DNA of 64,000 bases, from the NCBI GenBank assembly GCA_046303515.1, contig JBKCGI010000086.1, positions 2,679 through 66,678 on the forward strand, in the 5' to 3' direction. Position 1 is the first letter of the stretch, and every line of letters begins with the position of its first letter. This stretch comes from Flavobacteriia bacterium. Its GTDB lineage: Bacteria; Bacteroidota; Bacteroidia; Flavobacteriales_D; Crocinitomicaceae. This document shows, piece by piece, positions 48,244 through 57,463 of this stretch. Under the pieces are notes generated by a model. It was not told where the DNA came from. It made no database searches and was given only the letters and a program-made list of their open reading frames with translations. A program made the position numbers and the translations under genes.

Positions 48244-49260
48244 ATGTCAGAGGCAAAAAAACTATTGAAGGGAATACTCAATTCTTTTGGGAAAATTATC
48301 CCATTAAATACTTTGATTGCTTTGTCAAAACAACAGAATATTGTGCCCGTTTATCATCTGGTTTCAGACGAAAAGGTGCCTCACATCCAACATTTATATC
48401 AAGTTAAAAGCATCAAAAAATTTATTCAAGATTTAGATTTTTTATTAAAACACTTTGAACCAACAGATTACACCTCATTCCAAAATCAAATCTTATCAGG
48501 AGAAAAATCAAACAAAAAGGCCTTTTTACTAACTTTTGATGATGGTTTAAGCGAATTTCATGATGTTATCGCTCCAATTTTAGTGCAAAAAGGAATTCCA
48601 GCAGTTTGTTTTTTAAATTCCGCTTTTATTGATAACAAGAATTTATTTTTCAGATATAAAGTGAGTTTACTCATTGACAAATTGAAGCAAAATCCAAGTT
48701 TACTGAATGAGCAAGTTAAGTTTTTTCCTCAAAACCAAAATTTCGAATCATACTTAAAAAGATTACGTTACAGCGATATTTCTGAAATTGACTCAATAGC
48801 TGAGACTTTAGAAGTGAATTTTGAATCCTATCTTACAGAAAACAAACCCTATTTGACAAGCGAACAAATTCAAAATTTGATTCAAAAAGGTTTTCATTTT
48901 GGTTCGCACAGTATTGATCATCCTGAATATCGTTTTATTTCACTTGAGGAACAAGTCAAGCAAACCTTAGAAAGTACGCAAGTTGTTACAGAAAAATTTA
49001 ATTTAGATTATAAAACATTTGCCTTTCCCTTTACAGATTTTGGTGTTTCGAAAGAATATTTTCAGCAAGTGAACGTTTTACCTAAACAAGTTGATTTGAC
49101 TTTTGGCTGTGCTGGATTAAAAAATGATTCGTATTCAAATCATATTCAGCGCATTCCGTTGGAAGACAAAGACAAATCAGCAAAAGAAATTTTACGAACG
49201 GAATATGTTTACTATTTGCTCAAAGCGATGCTAAACAAAAACAAAATTGTGCGCAAGTGA
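48244..49260 (+). CDS. polysaccharide deacetylase (NodB-homology) family protein
   Basis: 338 aa with LLTFDDGLSEFHDVIAPIL and GSHSIDHPEY motifs. Confidence 0.8.
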   Translation: MSEAKKLLKGILNSFGKIIPLNTLIALSKQQNIVPVYHLVSDEKVPHIQHLYQVKSIKKFIQDLDFLLKHFEPTDYTSFQNQILSGEKSNKKAFLLTFDDGLSEFHDVIAPILVQKGIPAVCFLNSAFIDNKNLFFRYKVSLLIDKLKQNPSLLNEQVKFFPQNQNFESYLKRLRYSDISEIDSIAETLEVNFESYLTENKPYLTSEQIQNLIQKGFHFGSHSIDHPEYRFISLEEQVKQTLESTQVVTEKFNLDYKTFAFPFTDFGVSKEYFQQVNVLPKQVDLTFGCAGLKNDSYSNHIQRIPLEDKDKSAKEILRTEYVYYLLKAMLNKNKIVRK

Positions 49261-50354
49261 TTGAAATAAAAACCCTAAATAAAAACGAGTTATTGGCTTA
49301 TATCTCTTCTGAGAAATTTGGTACTTCGGCTTTTATTCCTATTTCAAAACATCGAGGAATCTCTCATTGTAACAATCCTCGACTTTCAGAAGAAGATGTT
49401 TTACTTTTATTGGCGTTCGAAAACGATATTTTGGTCGGCTATTTAGGGGCTTTACCTGACATTTTACATTTTGAAAACAAAGAAGAAAAAGGTGCTTGGT
49501 TGAGTTGTTTGTGGATCGATCCAAACCATCGCGGAAAAAAAATTGCTCAAAAATTATTGGAGACGTGTTTTGCAGCTTGGCAACAACGTATTATGATTAC
49601 GGAGTTCACTTTTGAAGCTAAAATCTTGTATGATAAAAGTAAAATCTTTCAGGATTTGCAAATCAAAGAAGGATTACGTTGGTATATTCGTTCTGATTTT
49701 GCTAGAATTTTACCTCCGAAAAAATCTTCGTACGCTAAACTCAAAACTTTGCTAAAGGCTACGGATGTTTGTTTGAATATCTTTTTAAGTCTGAAACTAG
49801 CATTCTTCAAAAAGCAAACTTGTAATTTAAAAATTGAACCTGTTTCTCAGATAGATACTGAAATTGAAAACTTTATTTCTACTTTTCAAGACAAGCAACT
49901 TTTCAAAAGAAAAAGCACAGAATTGAATTGGATTTTGAATTTCCCATGGATCTTAAGTGCCCCAGAAGATGAATTAAGTAAAAAATATCATTTTTCTTCT
50001 TTAGCAAATTCATTTGAGTTTTTGGCATATAAATTTTATAATTCAGAAAATAAATTGGTGGCTTTTATCATCTTAGCTAAACGAGATTTTGCTCTTAAAA
50101 CGCCTTATGTCTATTTTGAAAAAGAAGTCGCAGCGGAAATCGCTCAGTTCATCAATTCGCAAATAATCAATTTAAAAATAAAAACTTTCACCACATACAA
50201 CAAAGCCTTAATTGAAGCTTTAAAAACTACCTCCTCCCCTGCTTTCCATAAGAAAACTGTTGAACGAAAATACCTGATTTCGAATGTGTTTGGAAATCAA
50301 GATTACGATTCTTTTGAAATTCAAGATGGAGATGCAGATTGTAGTTTTACCTAA
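49257..50354 (+). CDS. GNAT-family N-acetyltransferase with large C-terminal domain of unknown function
   Basis: 365 aa with the acetyl-CoA-binding-type segment LWIDPNHRGKKIAQKLLE. Its GTG start overlaps the upstream TGA (GTGA). Confidence 0.6.
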   Translation: MIEIKTLNKNELLAYISSEKFGTSAFIPISKHRGISHCNNPRLSEEDVLLLLAFENDILVGYLGALPDILHFENKEEKGAWLSCLWIDPNHRGKKIAQKLLETCFAAWQQRIMITEFTFEAKILYDKSKIFQDLQIKEGLRWYIRSDFARILPPKKSSYAKLKTLLKATDVCLNIFLSLKLAFFKKQTCNLKIEPVSQIDTEIENFISTFQDKQLFKRKSTELNWILNFPWILSAPEDELSKKYHFSSLANSFEFLAYKFYNSENKLVAFIILAKRDFALKTPYVYFEKEVAAEIAQFINSQIINLKIKTFTTYNKALIEALKTTSSPAFHKKTVERKYLISNVFGNQDYDSFEIQDGDADCSFT

Positions 50355-50517
50355 ATCAAATGCTATTTTGAATATAAAATCTAAATCAATTAGTAAACGT
50401 TTTAGTAAAATTTAATATTCGAAACACTGGTTATACAAACAATTTTTAGTAGTTTTGAAACGCAAATCAATACTTCCTGTGAACAAAAAAGTTTAAACGG
50501 GAAAACTACACTAAAAA

Positions 50518-50931
50518 ATGACCAAAACACTTCAAGCTGTAAATGAAATTATCGTGGAGGGATATCTCAAAGCCATCTTGTATGATAATGGCATTATAGA
50601 GATATTTTGGGATGAATCCATCGAATTAGTCGAAGTAAAACATTTGCAAAAAATGCAGGAAACTGTAGCTGTTCTTGGAAAGGGAAAAAAAATACCTTTG
50701 CTTTTTGCACCGCATGATTTTGTGCACATCAATACTGAAGGTCAAAAATATGCCTCCTCAGAGGAAGGCGTAACTTACACAGCTGCAGTTGCCGTTTTAA
50801 TGCACAATTTAGCTATGCGTATTTTGATGAATTTCTTTATACGTACGACCAAAATTAAAGTTCCTACAAAAGGCTTTCCAAATCGTGAAGAAGCAATTTT
50901 GTGGCTGGAGAAATTTAGTTCAAAGAAATAA
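50518..50931 (+). CDS. hypothetical protein
   Basis: 137-aa ORF with no motif recognised. Confidence 0.4.
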   Translation: MTKTLQAVNEIIVEGYLKAILYDNGIIEIFWDESIELVEVKHLQKMQETVAVLGKGKKIPLLFAPHDFVHINTEGQKYASSEEGVTYTAAVAVLMHNLAMRILMNFFIRTTKIKVPTKGFPNREEAILWLEKFSSKK

Positions 50932-50946
50932 TTCAATTTTTTAAAC

Positions 50947-50974
50947 AAAAAAACCGATGAAAATTTCCATCGGT
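50947..50974 (-). terminator. rho-independent terminator of the aminotransferase gene
   Basis: ACCGATG (50953-50959) / CATCGGT (50968-50974). On the minus strand a T-run follows (the A-run 50947-50952 on +). Confidence 0.6.
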
Positions 50975-50996
50975 CTAAAATATATCAAGTCAAAAT

Positions 50997-51066
50997 AACT
51001 ACTAACTTCTAACTATAAATTACAAACTAAAAACTCCTAGTTATTAACTTCCAACTCCTCACTATT
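50997..51066. repeat. degenerate heptanucleotide array, 10 units (+ strand AACTNNN; AGTT-containing units on the minus strand)
   Basis: + strand reads AACTACT AACTTCT AACTATA AATTACA AACTAAA AACTCCT AGTTATT AACTTCC AACTCCT CACTATT. It spans the stop codon (51037-51039) and last codons of the aminotransferase gene. Confidence 0.65.
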
Positions 51067-52266
51067 CACAGCAACTCTTCCCGGATAAACTTTCAAAGCT
51101 TCTCTCAAGCAAATTACTGCATTTTTAAGTGATTCTTGATTCAATACGTAAGCAATTCGCGCTTCGTCTTTTCCCGCTCCAGGAGTGGAATAAAATCCAT
51201 TTGCTGGTGCCATCATAACTGTTTGACCTTCAAAAGCGAAATCTTCTAACAACCATTGGCAGAATTTTTCAGCATCGTCCACTGGGAATTTCGCTACACA
51301 ATAAAATGCTCCACTTGGTTTTGGACAAAATACACCTGGAATGCTGTTTAAACCATCAACCATAATGTTTCTGCGTTCAACATATTCAGCAACAACATCA
51401 TCAAAATAAGATTGTGGTGTTTCCAATGCTGCTTCAGAAGCAATTTGATCTACCGTCGGAGGAGACAAACGCGCTTGACCAAATTTCAAGGCTGCAGCCA
51501 TCACTTCTTTATTTTTTGTAACCAAAGCTCCAATTCTTGCTCCACACATAGAGTAACGTTTTGAAACAGAGTCAATCATGATTACATTTTGCTCAATTCC
51601 AGCTAAATTTAAAACTGAAAAAGGTTTTGCCCCATCGTAACAAAACTCACGGTAAACTTCGTCAGCAAATAAATATAAATCGTGTTTTTGAACGATATCA
51701 CGTAATTTTTCTAATTCTTCTTTTGAATATAAATATCCTGTAGGATTTCCAGGATTACAGATTACAATTGCCTTTGTTTTAGCAGTAATCTTTTTCTCAA
51801 ACTCTTCCACTGGAGGTAAAGCAAATCCAGATTCAATTGATGATGCCACAGGAACAACATTCAAACCAGCCGTTACTGCAAAACCATTGTAATTTGCATA
51901 AAAAGGCTCAGGAATAATTACCTCATCTCCTGGGTTACAACAAGTCATGAAACCAAAAATCAATGCTTCAGAACCACCAGTAGTGATCAAAATATCCTCA
52001 GAATTAACTGGCAAACCACCTTTTTGGTAGAAATCAGCCAATTTGTTTCTATACGATTCAAATCCAGCAGAATGACTGTACTCAATCACTTTTCTATCCA
52101 TATTTTTAATAGCATCTAGAGCTACTTTAGGAGTTTCAATATCTGGTTGACCAATATTTAAGTGGTAAACAATTTTACCAGCTTTTTTAGCTGTTTCAGA
52201 GTAAGGAACCAACTTTCTGATTGGAGAAGCTGGCATGTCAATCGCTTTTTGTGAAATCTTTGGCAT
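51037..52266 (-). CDS. pyridoxal-phosphate-dependent aminotransferase (class I, aspartate-aminotransferase-like)
   Basis: 409 aa with a Schiff-base-lysine context SVSKRYSMCGARIG and NPGNPTG. Confidence 0.9.
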   Translation of the reverse strand: MPKISQKAIDMPASPIRKLVPYSETAKKAGKIVYHLNIGQPDIETPKVALDAIKNMDRKVIEYSHSAGFESYRNKLADFYQKGGLPVNSEDILITTGGSEALIFGFMTCCNPGDEVIIPEPFYANYNGFAVTAGLNVVPVASSIESGFALPPVEEFEKKITAKTKAIVICNPGNPTGYLYSKEELEKLRDIVQKHDLYLFADEVYREFCYDGAKPFSVLNLAGIEQNVIMIDSVSKRYSMCGARIGALVTKNKEVMAAALKFGQARLSPPTVDQIASEAALETPQSYFDDVVAEYVERRNIMVDGLNSIPGVFCPKPSGAFYCVAKFPVDDAEKFCQWLLEDFAFEGQTVMMAPANGFYSTPGAGKDEARIAYVLNQESLKNAVICLREALKVYPGRVAVNSEELEVNN

Positions 52267-52274
52267 AAAATTTT

Positions 52275-52290
52275 TATTTTTGCAAAGTTA
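52275..52290. promoter_or_regulatory. back-to-back divergent -7 boxes TATTTTTG|CAAAGTTA
   Basis: + strand TATTTTTG (52275-52282) serves the M15 peptidase gene. Minus strand TAACTTTG (52290-52283) lies 17 nt upstream of the aminotransferase ATG. Confidence 0.4.
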
Positions 52291-52295
52291 AGCAA

Positions 52296-53105
52296 TTGCA
52301 TAAAAAAACACCCATTTTGATAAATTTTAAACATCTTTTTATCCTTTCTTTAATTTTTAGTGTGTATTCTTGTTCAGAAAGTCCGAAAAATGACCTTGAA
52401 GTATTACCTCCACCATCTCCGGAACAAGTAAATCTTGAGAAACATAAAAAAGATTCAATTGTTGAACTCAAAAAATCGGTTAAAAAAGATACGACTGAAC
52501 AAATTCAACATTCAGGTTTAGATTTGTTAACAGATATTCAATCGCTTGACCCAAGTATTTTGATTGATTTGAAATATGCCACTACAGACAATTTCATGAA
52601 ACAGCGTTTGTATTTTGACATAGATAAAGTGTATTTGCAAAAAGATGTGGCGGAAAGATTAGTGTTGGTTCAAAAATATTTGAAGGAACTTAGACCAGAT
52701 TTAAGCCTTTTAGTTTACGATGGTGTTCGCCCACTTTCTGTGCAACGCGCCATGTGGAATGCTTTGGATACAATTCCTGTTAAAGAACGCGTAAAATTTG
52801 TTTCCAATCCTGCCTCAGGTAGTATTCACAATTATGGAGCAGCGATTGACTTGACAATCGCTAAAAAAGATGGAACACCTTTAGATATGGGCGCTGGATA
52901 CGACGATATTCGCAAAATCGCTTATCCAAGTTGGGAAACACATTTTTTGCAAACAGGAGAATTGACAAAAGAGCAAGTTGAAAACAGAAAATTACTGCGC
53001 AAAGTAATGGCCTCACAACGATTTTCAAATATATCGACCGAATGGTGGCATTTCAATGCTTGTTCAAGAAATCAAGCGAAGGCGAAGTATAAAATATTGG
53101 AGTGA
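52296..53105 (+). CDS. M15-family D-alanyl-D-alanine dipeptidase (VanX/DdpX-like) lipoprotein
   Basis: 269 aa with SIHNYGAAIDLT and EWWHF metal/catalytic motifs. Lipobox FSVYSCSE. TTG start inferred. Confidence 0.8.
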   Translation: MHKKTPILINFKHLFILSLIFSVYSCSESPKNDLEVLPPPSPEQVNLEKHKKDSIVELKKSVKKDTTEQIQHSGLDLLTDIQSLDPSILIDLKYATTDNFMKQRLYFDIDKVYLQKDVAERLVLVQKYLKELRPDLSLLVYDGVRPLSVQRAMWNALDTIPVKERVKFVSNPASGSIHNYGAAIDLTIAKKDGTPLDMGAGYDDIRKIAYPSWETHFLQTGELTKEQVENRKLLRKVMASQRFSNISTEWWHFNACSRNQAKAKYKILE

Positions 53106-53111
53106 AAAGCG

Positions 53112-53158
53112 GCACACGTGTTAATTTAAAAATATTTGCACGTGTAATTTTATTTTTG
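53112..53158 (+). promoter_or_regulatory. two CACGTG-centred direct repeats plus a -7 box upstream of the toxin-antitoxin pair
   Basis: CACGTGTTAATTT (53115-53127) and CACGTGTAATTTT (53139-53151) start 24 nt apart. TATTTTTG at 53151-53158. Confidence 0.45.
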
Positions 53159-53181
53159 TAACTTTGTTTAAAATTCATAAC

Positions 53182-53442
53182 ATGAATACAAAATTAACCT
53201 TAACAATAGAGCAATCAGTGATTGAAATGGCAAAAAAATATGCTAAAGATCAAGGTCGAAGTCTATCAGATATAGTAGAAAATTATTTTAAGGCATTAAC
53301 TGTGAATAAGATTGAGAAAAAAGTTGATGAAATTGAGTTAGACCCAATGATTGAATCAATGAGAGGAAGTTTTAAAGCTCCAAAGAACTTTGATTATAAA
53401 AAAGAATTACAAAAAGCACTATCTAAAAAACATTTAGGTTAA
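53182..53442 (+). CDS. antitoxin-like protein (DUF6364-like by recollection)
   Basis: ATG 53182 (track start 53164 is TTG). 86 aa. Sits immediately upstream of, and abuts, the PIN gene (TAAATG). Confidence 0.6.
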   Translation: MNTKLTLTIEQSVIEMAKKYAKDQGRSLSDIVENYFKALTVNKIEKKVDEIELDPMIESMRGSFKAPKNFDYKKELQKALSKKHLG

Positions 53443-53871
53443 ATGTTAAAAGTATTTGTTGATTCAGATGTAATATTGGATTACTTTTTTAATAGAGAAC
53501 CTTATTCGATAAATTCTTCCAGATTATTTTCATTAGCTAAGGAAAATAAATTTCGCATTTATGTTACTCCGGTTATTATTGCCAATGTATACTATATCTT
53601 ACGACAAACTGCTCATGATGAAAAAGTTAGAGCACATATTTTTGAATTATTAACTTTTGTTGACATTATCGATATACAAAAAGATATTATTTCGAAAGCC
53701 TTAAAATCTGATTTCAAAGATTTTGAAGATGCTTTACAAAATTATGCATGTGAGGCAAAAATTGATATCAAATTTATTTTAACACGAAATATCAAAGATT
53801 ATAAAAACAGTAAAAAAAGTGTCTTAACTCCTCAAGAGTTTTTAAATAACTTTAAGAATTATATATCATGA
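53443..53871 (+). CDS. PIN-domain (VapC-like) toxin
   Basis: 142 aa. Acidic N-terminal VFVDSDVILDYF, FEDALQ, and the C-terminal LTRNIKDY pattern typical of PIN domains. Confidence 0.75.
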   Translation: MLKVFVDSDVILDYFFNREPYSINSSRLFSLAKENKFRIYVTPVIIANVYYILRQTAHDEKVRAHIFELLTFVDIIDIQKDIISKALKSDFKDFEDALQNYACEAKIDIKFILTRNIKDYKNSKKSVLTPQEFLNNFKNYIS

Positions 53872-54548
53872 AAATTGGACTTTTATTATCAGGTTGTGGC
53901 GTTTACGATGGCGCTGAAATTCAAGAAGCAGTTTTAAGTTTATTAGCTATCGAAGAAGCTGGTCACGAGGCAGTTTGTATTTCTGTTGACAAAAACCAAT
54001 TCCATGTCATCAATCATTTGACGGGTGAAGAAATGCCTGAATCACGAAACATGATGGTCGAAGCAGCTCGAATAGCACGAGGAAATATTCGTGAAATTTC
54101 TACAATTACCCCTGCTGAAATTGATGCCTTGGTCATTCCTGGAGGATTTGGAAGTGCTAAAAACTTCACCACTTGGGCTTTTTCCGGACCTGACGGAACT
54201 ATTTTACCTGAAGTAAAATTACTATTGGTAAACCTTTTTAACGTTGGGAAACCAATTATTGCATTGTGTGTGAGTCCTGTTGTTTTAGCGAAAGCTTTTG
54301 AAGATTCGGACAACCACTTAAATTTAACGATTGGAAGTGATCAAGAAAAATCACCTTACGATATAGCATCTTTTGCCCAAGGCTTGAAAAAAACTGGCGC
54401 TCACTCAGAAATGAAAACCGTTCGCGAAATTTTAATCGATAAAGAAAATAAAATTATCACTGCTCCATGTTACATGATGGATGCCTCAATTTCAGAAATT
54501 AGAAATAATATCAAGCAAGCAATTGAAGCTTTAAATCAACTTAATTAA
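53868..54548 (+). CDS. elbB: isoprenoid-biosynthesis glyoxalase ElbB (DJ-1/PfpI family)
   Basis: 226 aa with N-terminal MKIGLLLSGCGVYDGAEIQEAV. Its ATG overlaps the PIN TGA (ATGA). Confidence 0.85.
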   Translation: MKIGLLLSGCGVYDGAEIQEAVLSLLAIEEAGHEAVCISVDKNQFHVINHLTGEEMPESRNMMVEAARIARGNIREISTITPAEIDALVIPGGFGSAKNFTTWAFSGPDGTILPEVKLLLVNLFNVGKPIIALCVSPVVLAKAFEDSDNHLNLTIGSDQEKSPYDIASFAQGLKKTGAHSEMKTVREILIDKENKIITAPCYMMDASISEIRNNIKQAIEALNQLN

Positions 54549-54683
54549 CAAGTGAAATATTTTTCGATAAGTGTCAATTTTACACTTACTAAATGTGGTT
54601 TTTTTTCAACAAAAATTAACTTTATTTTGGCATTTTGTTAATAATATCATCATTTTTTTTCGACTAAATCGATTGAAATATTG

Positions 54684-54691
54684 TAATTTTG
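54684..54691 (+). promoter_or_regulatory. -7 promoter box (TAATTTTG)
   Basis: Lies 41 nt upstream of the pckA ATG. Confidence 0.4.
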
Positions 54692-54731
54692 CGCCACAAA
54701 TCTATCCGCTAGGCGGACAAAAAATTAACGT

Positions 54732-56345
54732 ATGAACGAATTTGGTAAAAAAGGAAAAAATGCCGATTTGAACGCAAGTCTCGGACTTAACAATCTAGGA
54801 AATGTATTTTGGAATTTAACTCCAGCAGAATTAGTGGAAGACACTGTAATCAGCGGACAAGGAGTTTTAACTGACTCAGGTGCAATCGCAGTTGAAACAG
54901 GTGAATTTACAGGAAGATCTCCTAAAGATCGTTTTGTAGTTTGTGACGAAAACACAGAAAATTCAGTATGGTGGGGTGATGTAAACATCAAGTTTTCTCC
55001 AGAGAAATTTGAAAGTTTATACCAACGCATGAAAGCGTATTTGACTGATAAAGACATGTACGTTCGTGATGCTTACGCATGTGCTGACAATGATTTCAGA
55101 ATGAACATTCGTGTTGTAACTGAATTCCCATGGTCAAATATGTTTGCTTACAACATGTTTTTACGTCCAACAGCTGACGAAATCGAAAACTTTTCAGCAG
55201 ACTGGAACATCGTTTGTGCACCTGGATTCAAAGCAGATCCAGCAGTTGATGGAACACGTCAACACAATTTTGCGATTTTGAACTTCACTAAAAAAATGAT
55301 TTTAATTGGTGGAACAGGATATACAGGTGAGATCAAAAAAGGAATTTTCTCTGTTTTAAACTACGTTTTACCACACGAGAAAAATGTTTTATCAATGCAC
55401 TGCTCTGCAAATATTGGAGAAGCTGGTGATACTGCCATTTTCTTTGGTTTATCTGGAACAGGAAAAACTACTTTATCTTCAGATCCAAACCGTCATTTGA
55501 TTGGTGACGATGAGAACGGTTGGTCAGACAACACTGTTTTCAACTTTGAAGGTGGATGTTATGCTAAAACAATTGATTTATCTCGTGAAAAAGAGCCACA
55601 AATCTACGACGCAATCAAATTTGGTGCGATACTAGAAAATATTGGTTTTGTTGAAGGTACATCAACTCCTGATTACACTGACAATTCAATTACGGAAAAC
55701 ACACGTGTTTCTTACCCAATTGATTACATTGATAATATCGCAGTTCCATCTATCGGAAAAGCGCCAAAAAATATCTTTTTCTTAACTGCTGATGCTTTTG
55801 GAGTATTGCCTCCAATCTCAAAATTAACGAAAGAACAAGCAATGTACCACTTCATGTCAGGTTACACAGCGAAAGTTGCTGGAACTGAAATGGGAATTAC
55901 AGAGCCAACAACAACTTTCTCTGCTTGTTTTGGAAAAGCATTTTTACCTCTACACCCAGCGAAATACGCTAAATTGTTAGGTGAGAAATTAGACGGAACA
56001 AACATCAACGTTTGGTTAATCAACACTGGTTGGTCAGGTGGTTCTTATGGCGTTGGTAGTCGTATGAAATTATCTTACACACGTGCAATGATTACTGCAG
56101 CTTTAGAAGGAAAATTGGATAATGTATCTTTCGAAAATTTACCAATTTTTGATTTAGCTATTCCTACAGTTTGTGAGAATGTACCAACAGAAATTTTAAA
56201 TCCTCGTGGAACTTGGGCTGACAAAGCGGCTTACGATGAAACAGCAAACAATTTAGCTGGACAATTCGTGAAAAACTTTGAGCAATATGCTGCTGAGACT
56301 TCGGCGGATATATTAGCTGCTGCACCTAAAGTAATGGTAAAATAG
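54732..56345 (+). CDS. pckA: phosphoenolpyruvate carboxykinase (ATP)
   Basis: 537 aa with the kinase-1a loop GLSGTGKTTLS and an ATP-type PEPCK layout. Confidence 0.95.
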   Translation: MNEFGKKGKNADLNASLGLNNLGNVFWNLTPAELVEDTVISGQGVLTDSGAIAVETGEFTGRSPKDRFVVCDENTENSVWWGDVNIKFSPEKFESLYQRMKAYLTDKDMYVRDAYACADNDFRMNIRVVTEFPWSNMFAYNMFLRPTADEIENFSADWNIVCAPGFKADPAVDGTRQHNFAILNFTKKMILIGGTGYTGEIKKGIFSVLNYVLPHEKNVLSMHCSANIGEAGDTAIFFGLSGTGKTTLSSDPNRHLIGDDENGWSDNTVFNFEGGCYAKTIDLSREKEPQIYDAIKFGAILENIGFVEGTSTPDYTDNSITENTRVSYPIDYIDNIAVPSIGKAPKNIFFLTADAFGVLPPISKLTKEQAMYHFMSGYTAKVAGTEMGITEPTTTFSACFGKAFLPLHPAKYAKLLGEKLDGTNINVWLINTGWSGGSYGVGSRMKLSYTRAMITAALEGKLDNVSFENLPIFDLAIPTVCENVPTEILNPRGTWADKAAYDETANNLAGQFVKNFEQYAAETSADILAAAPKVMVK

Positions 56346-56381
56346 TTTTTTACTGCAAATTTCTATTTTGAAATAATTGTG

Positions 56382-56418
56382 AATCCCTGTCCGTCAACTG
56401 ACGGATGGGGATTTTTTT
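56382..56418 (+). terminator. rho-independent terminator after pckA
   Basis: Stem AATCCC..TCCGTC / GACGGA.GGGGATT with loop AACT, followed by T7. Confidence 0.75.
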
Positions 56419-56453
56419 GTATTTTTGACTAAATCTTAAATCAAACCCACAAG

Positions 56454-56744
56454 ATGGAAAGAACACTTGAAATTAGCAATTTAAAAAATAAATCCAAACT
56501 ACACTTTTCTAGTAAAAATAACGAGATAGACTTTGCTCAAAACACTTTGTTGGTTTCTACCTTTTTTAATAATGAAGAGTTACCTCAAAATCATTTTTGG
56601 GCTGAACTGCTAGTCTTGGAACAAAACCTAAAAAACACTTTTTGCTTCGAACTTCCTATATGGGATAATTTTGAAAAGGTCAAAATAGTATTATCATCAA
56701 ACACCATGGATTTAGAAAAGATTGAAGTTGCAGTAATTGCCTAA
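56454..56744 (+). CDS. hypothetical protein
   Basis: 96-aa ORF only, with no motif. Confidence 0.3.
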   Translation: MERTLEISNLKNKSKLHFSSKNNEIDFAQNTLLVSTFFNNEELPQNHFWAELLVLEQNLKNTFCFELPIWDNFEKVKIVLSSNTMDLEKIEVAVIA

Positions 56745-56767
56745 TCAATTATTTAATATTTGAATAT

Positions 56768-57463
56768 TTAGAGTGAAAAATCCTTAATTGGATCTAAAAT
56801 CAAGTTCCAAAACTCTGGAACGTCTACCTCTATTTTAAGATTTTCCTTAGTAAAAGGATGAATAAATTCTAAAGACTTTGCATGTAAAAACAACTTATCA
56901 ATCCCAAATTTCTCGATAAACATATGATTATGATGTCTGTTCCCATATTTTGGGTCGCCAATGATTGGATGAGCAATTTTGTTCGCATGTATGCGCAATT
57001 GATGCATACGACCTGTTTTGGGAGTAAATTCTACTAAACTGTAACGCGAAGTTTCATAAGGTGGGACAGGTATTGGGATTTCAATATGTTTTATGCAATT
57101 AAAATGCGTTTCAGCTTCTTTGTAATTTCCTCGATCGTTTTTTACTGGAGAATCAATGATTCCATTTTCAGACAAATGTCCTCGAAGTAAAGCCAGATAT
57201 TTTTTTTCAATCTTATTTTCTTCAAAAAGCGCCTGAAAAACAGAAACACCTTCTTTCTTTTTGGCAAATAAAATCAAACCTGAGGTTTTTCGATCCAAGC
57301 GATGAACTGGAAAAGAGGTAATTCCTTGATTTCTCAAAATTTCTGCCAATGAATCTTCTTCAATATTTCGAGCGTAATACGAATGATGGACAAGTAAATT
57401 ACTAGGTTTATTGACAATTAAACAAAAATCATCCTCAAAAGCGATTAAATCATCTGTTGTCAT
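56768..57463 (-). CDS. RluA-family pseudouridine synthase (TruC-like size)
   Basis: 231 aa with the catalytic-Asp motif HRLDRKTSGLILFAK. Confidence 0.85.
   Translation of the reverse strand: MTTDDLIAFEDDFCLIVNKPSNLLVHHSYYARNIEEDSLAEILRNQGITSFPVHRLDRKTSGLILFAKKKEGVSVFQALFEENKIEKKYLALLRGHLSENGIIDSPVKNDRGNYKEAETHFNCIKHIEIPIPVPPYETSRYSLVEFTPKTGRMHQLRIHANKIAHPIIGDPKYGNRHHNHMFIEKFGIDKLFLHAKSLEFIHPFTKENLKIEVDVPEFWNLILDPIKDFSL

Noticed and set aside
54725-55057. 110-aa minus-strand ORF in the ORF track
   Set aside because: It lies entirely antisense within the strongly supported pckA gene. It has low-complexity, non-protein-like sequence, so it is a shadow ORF.
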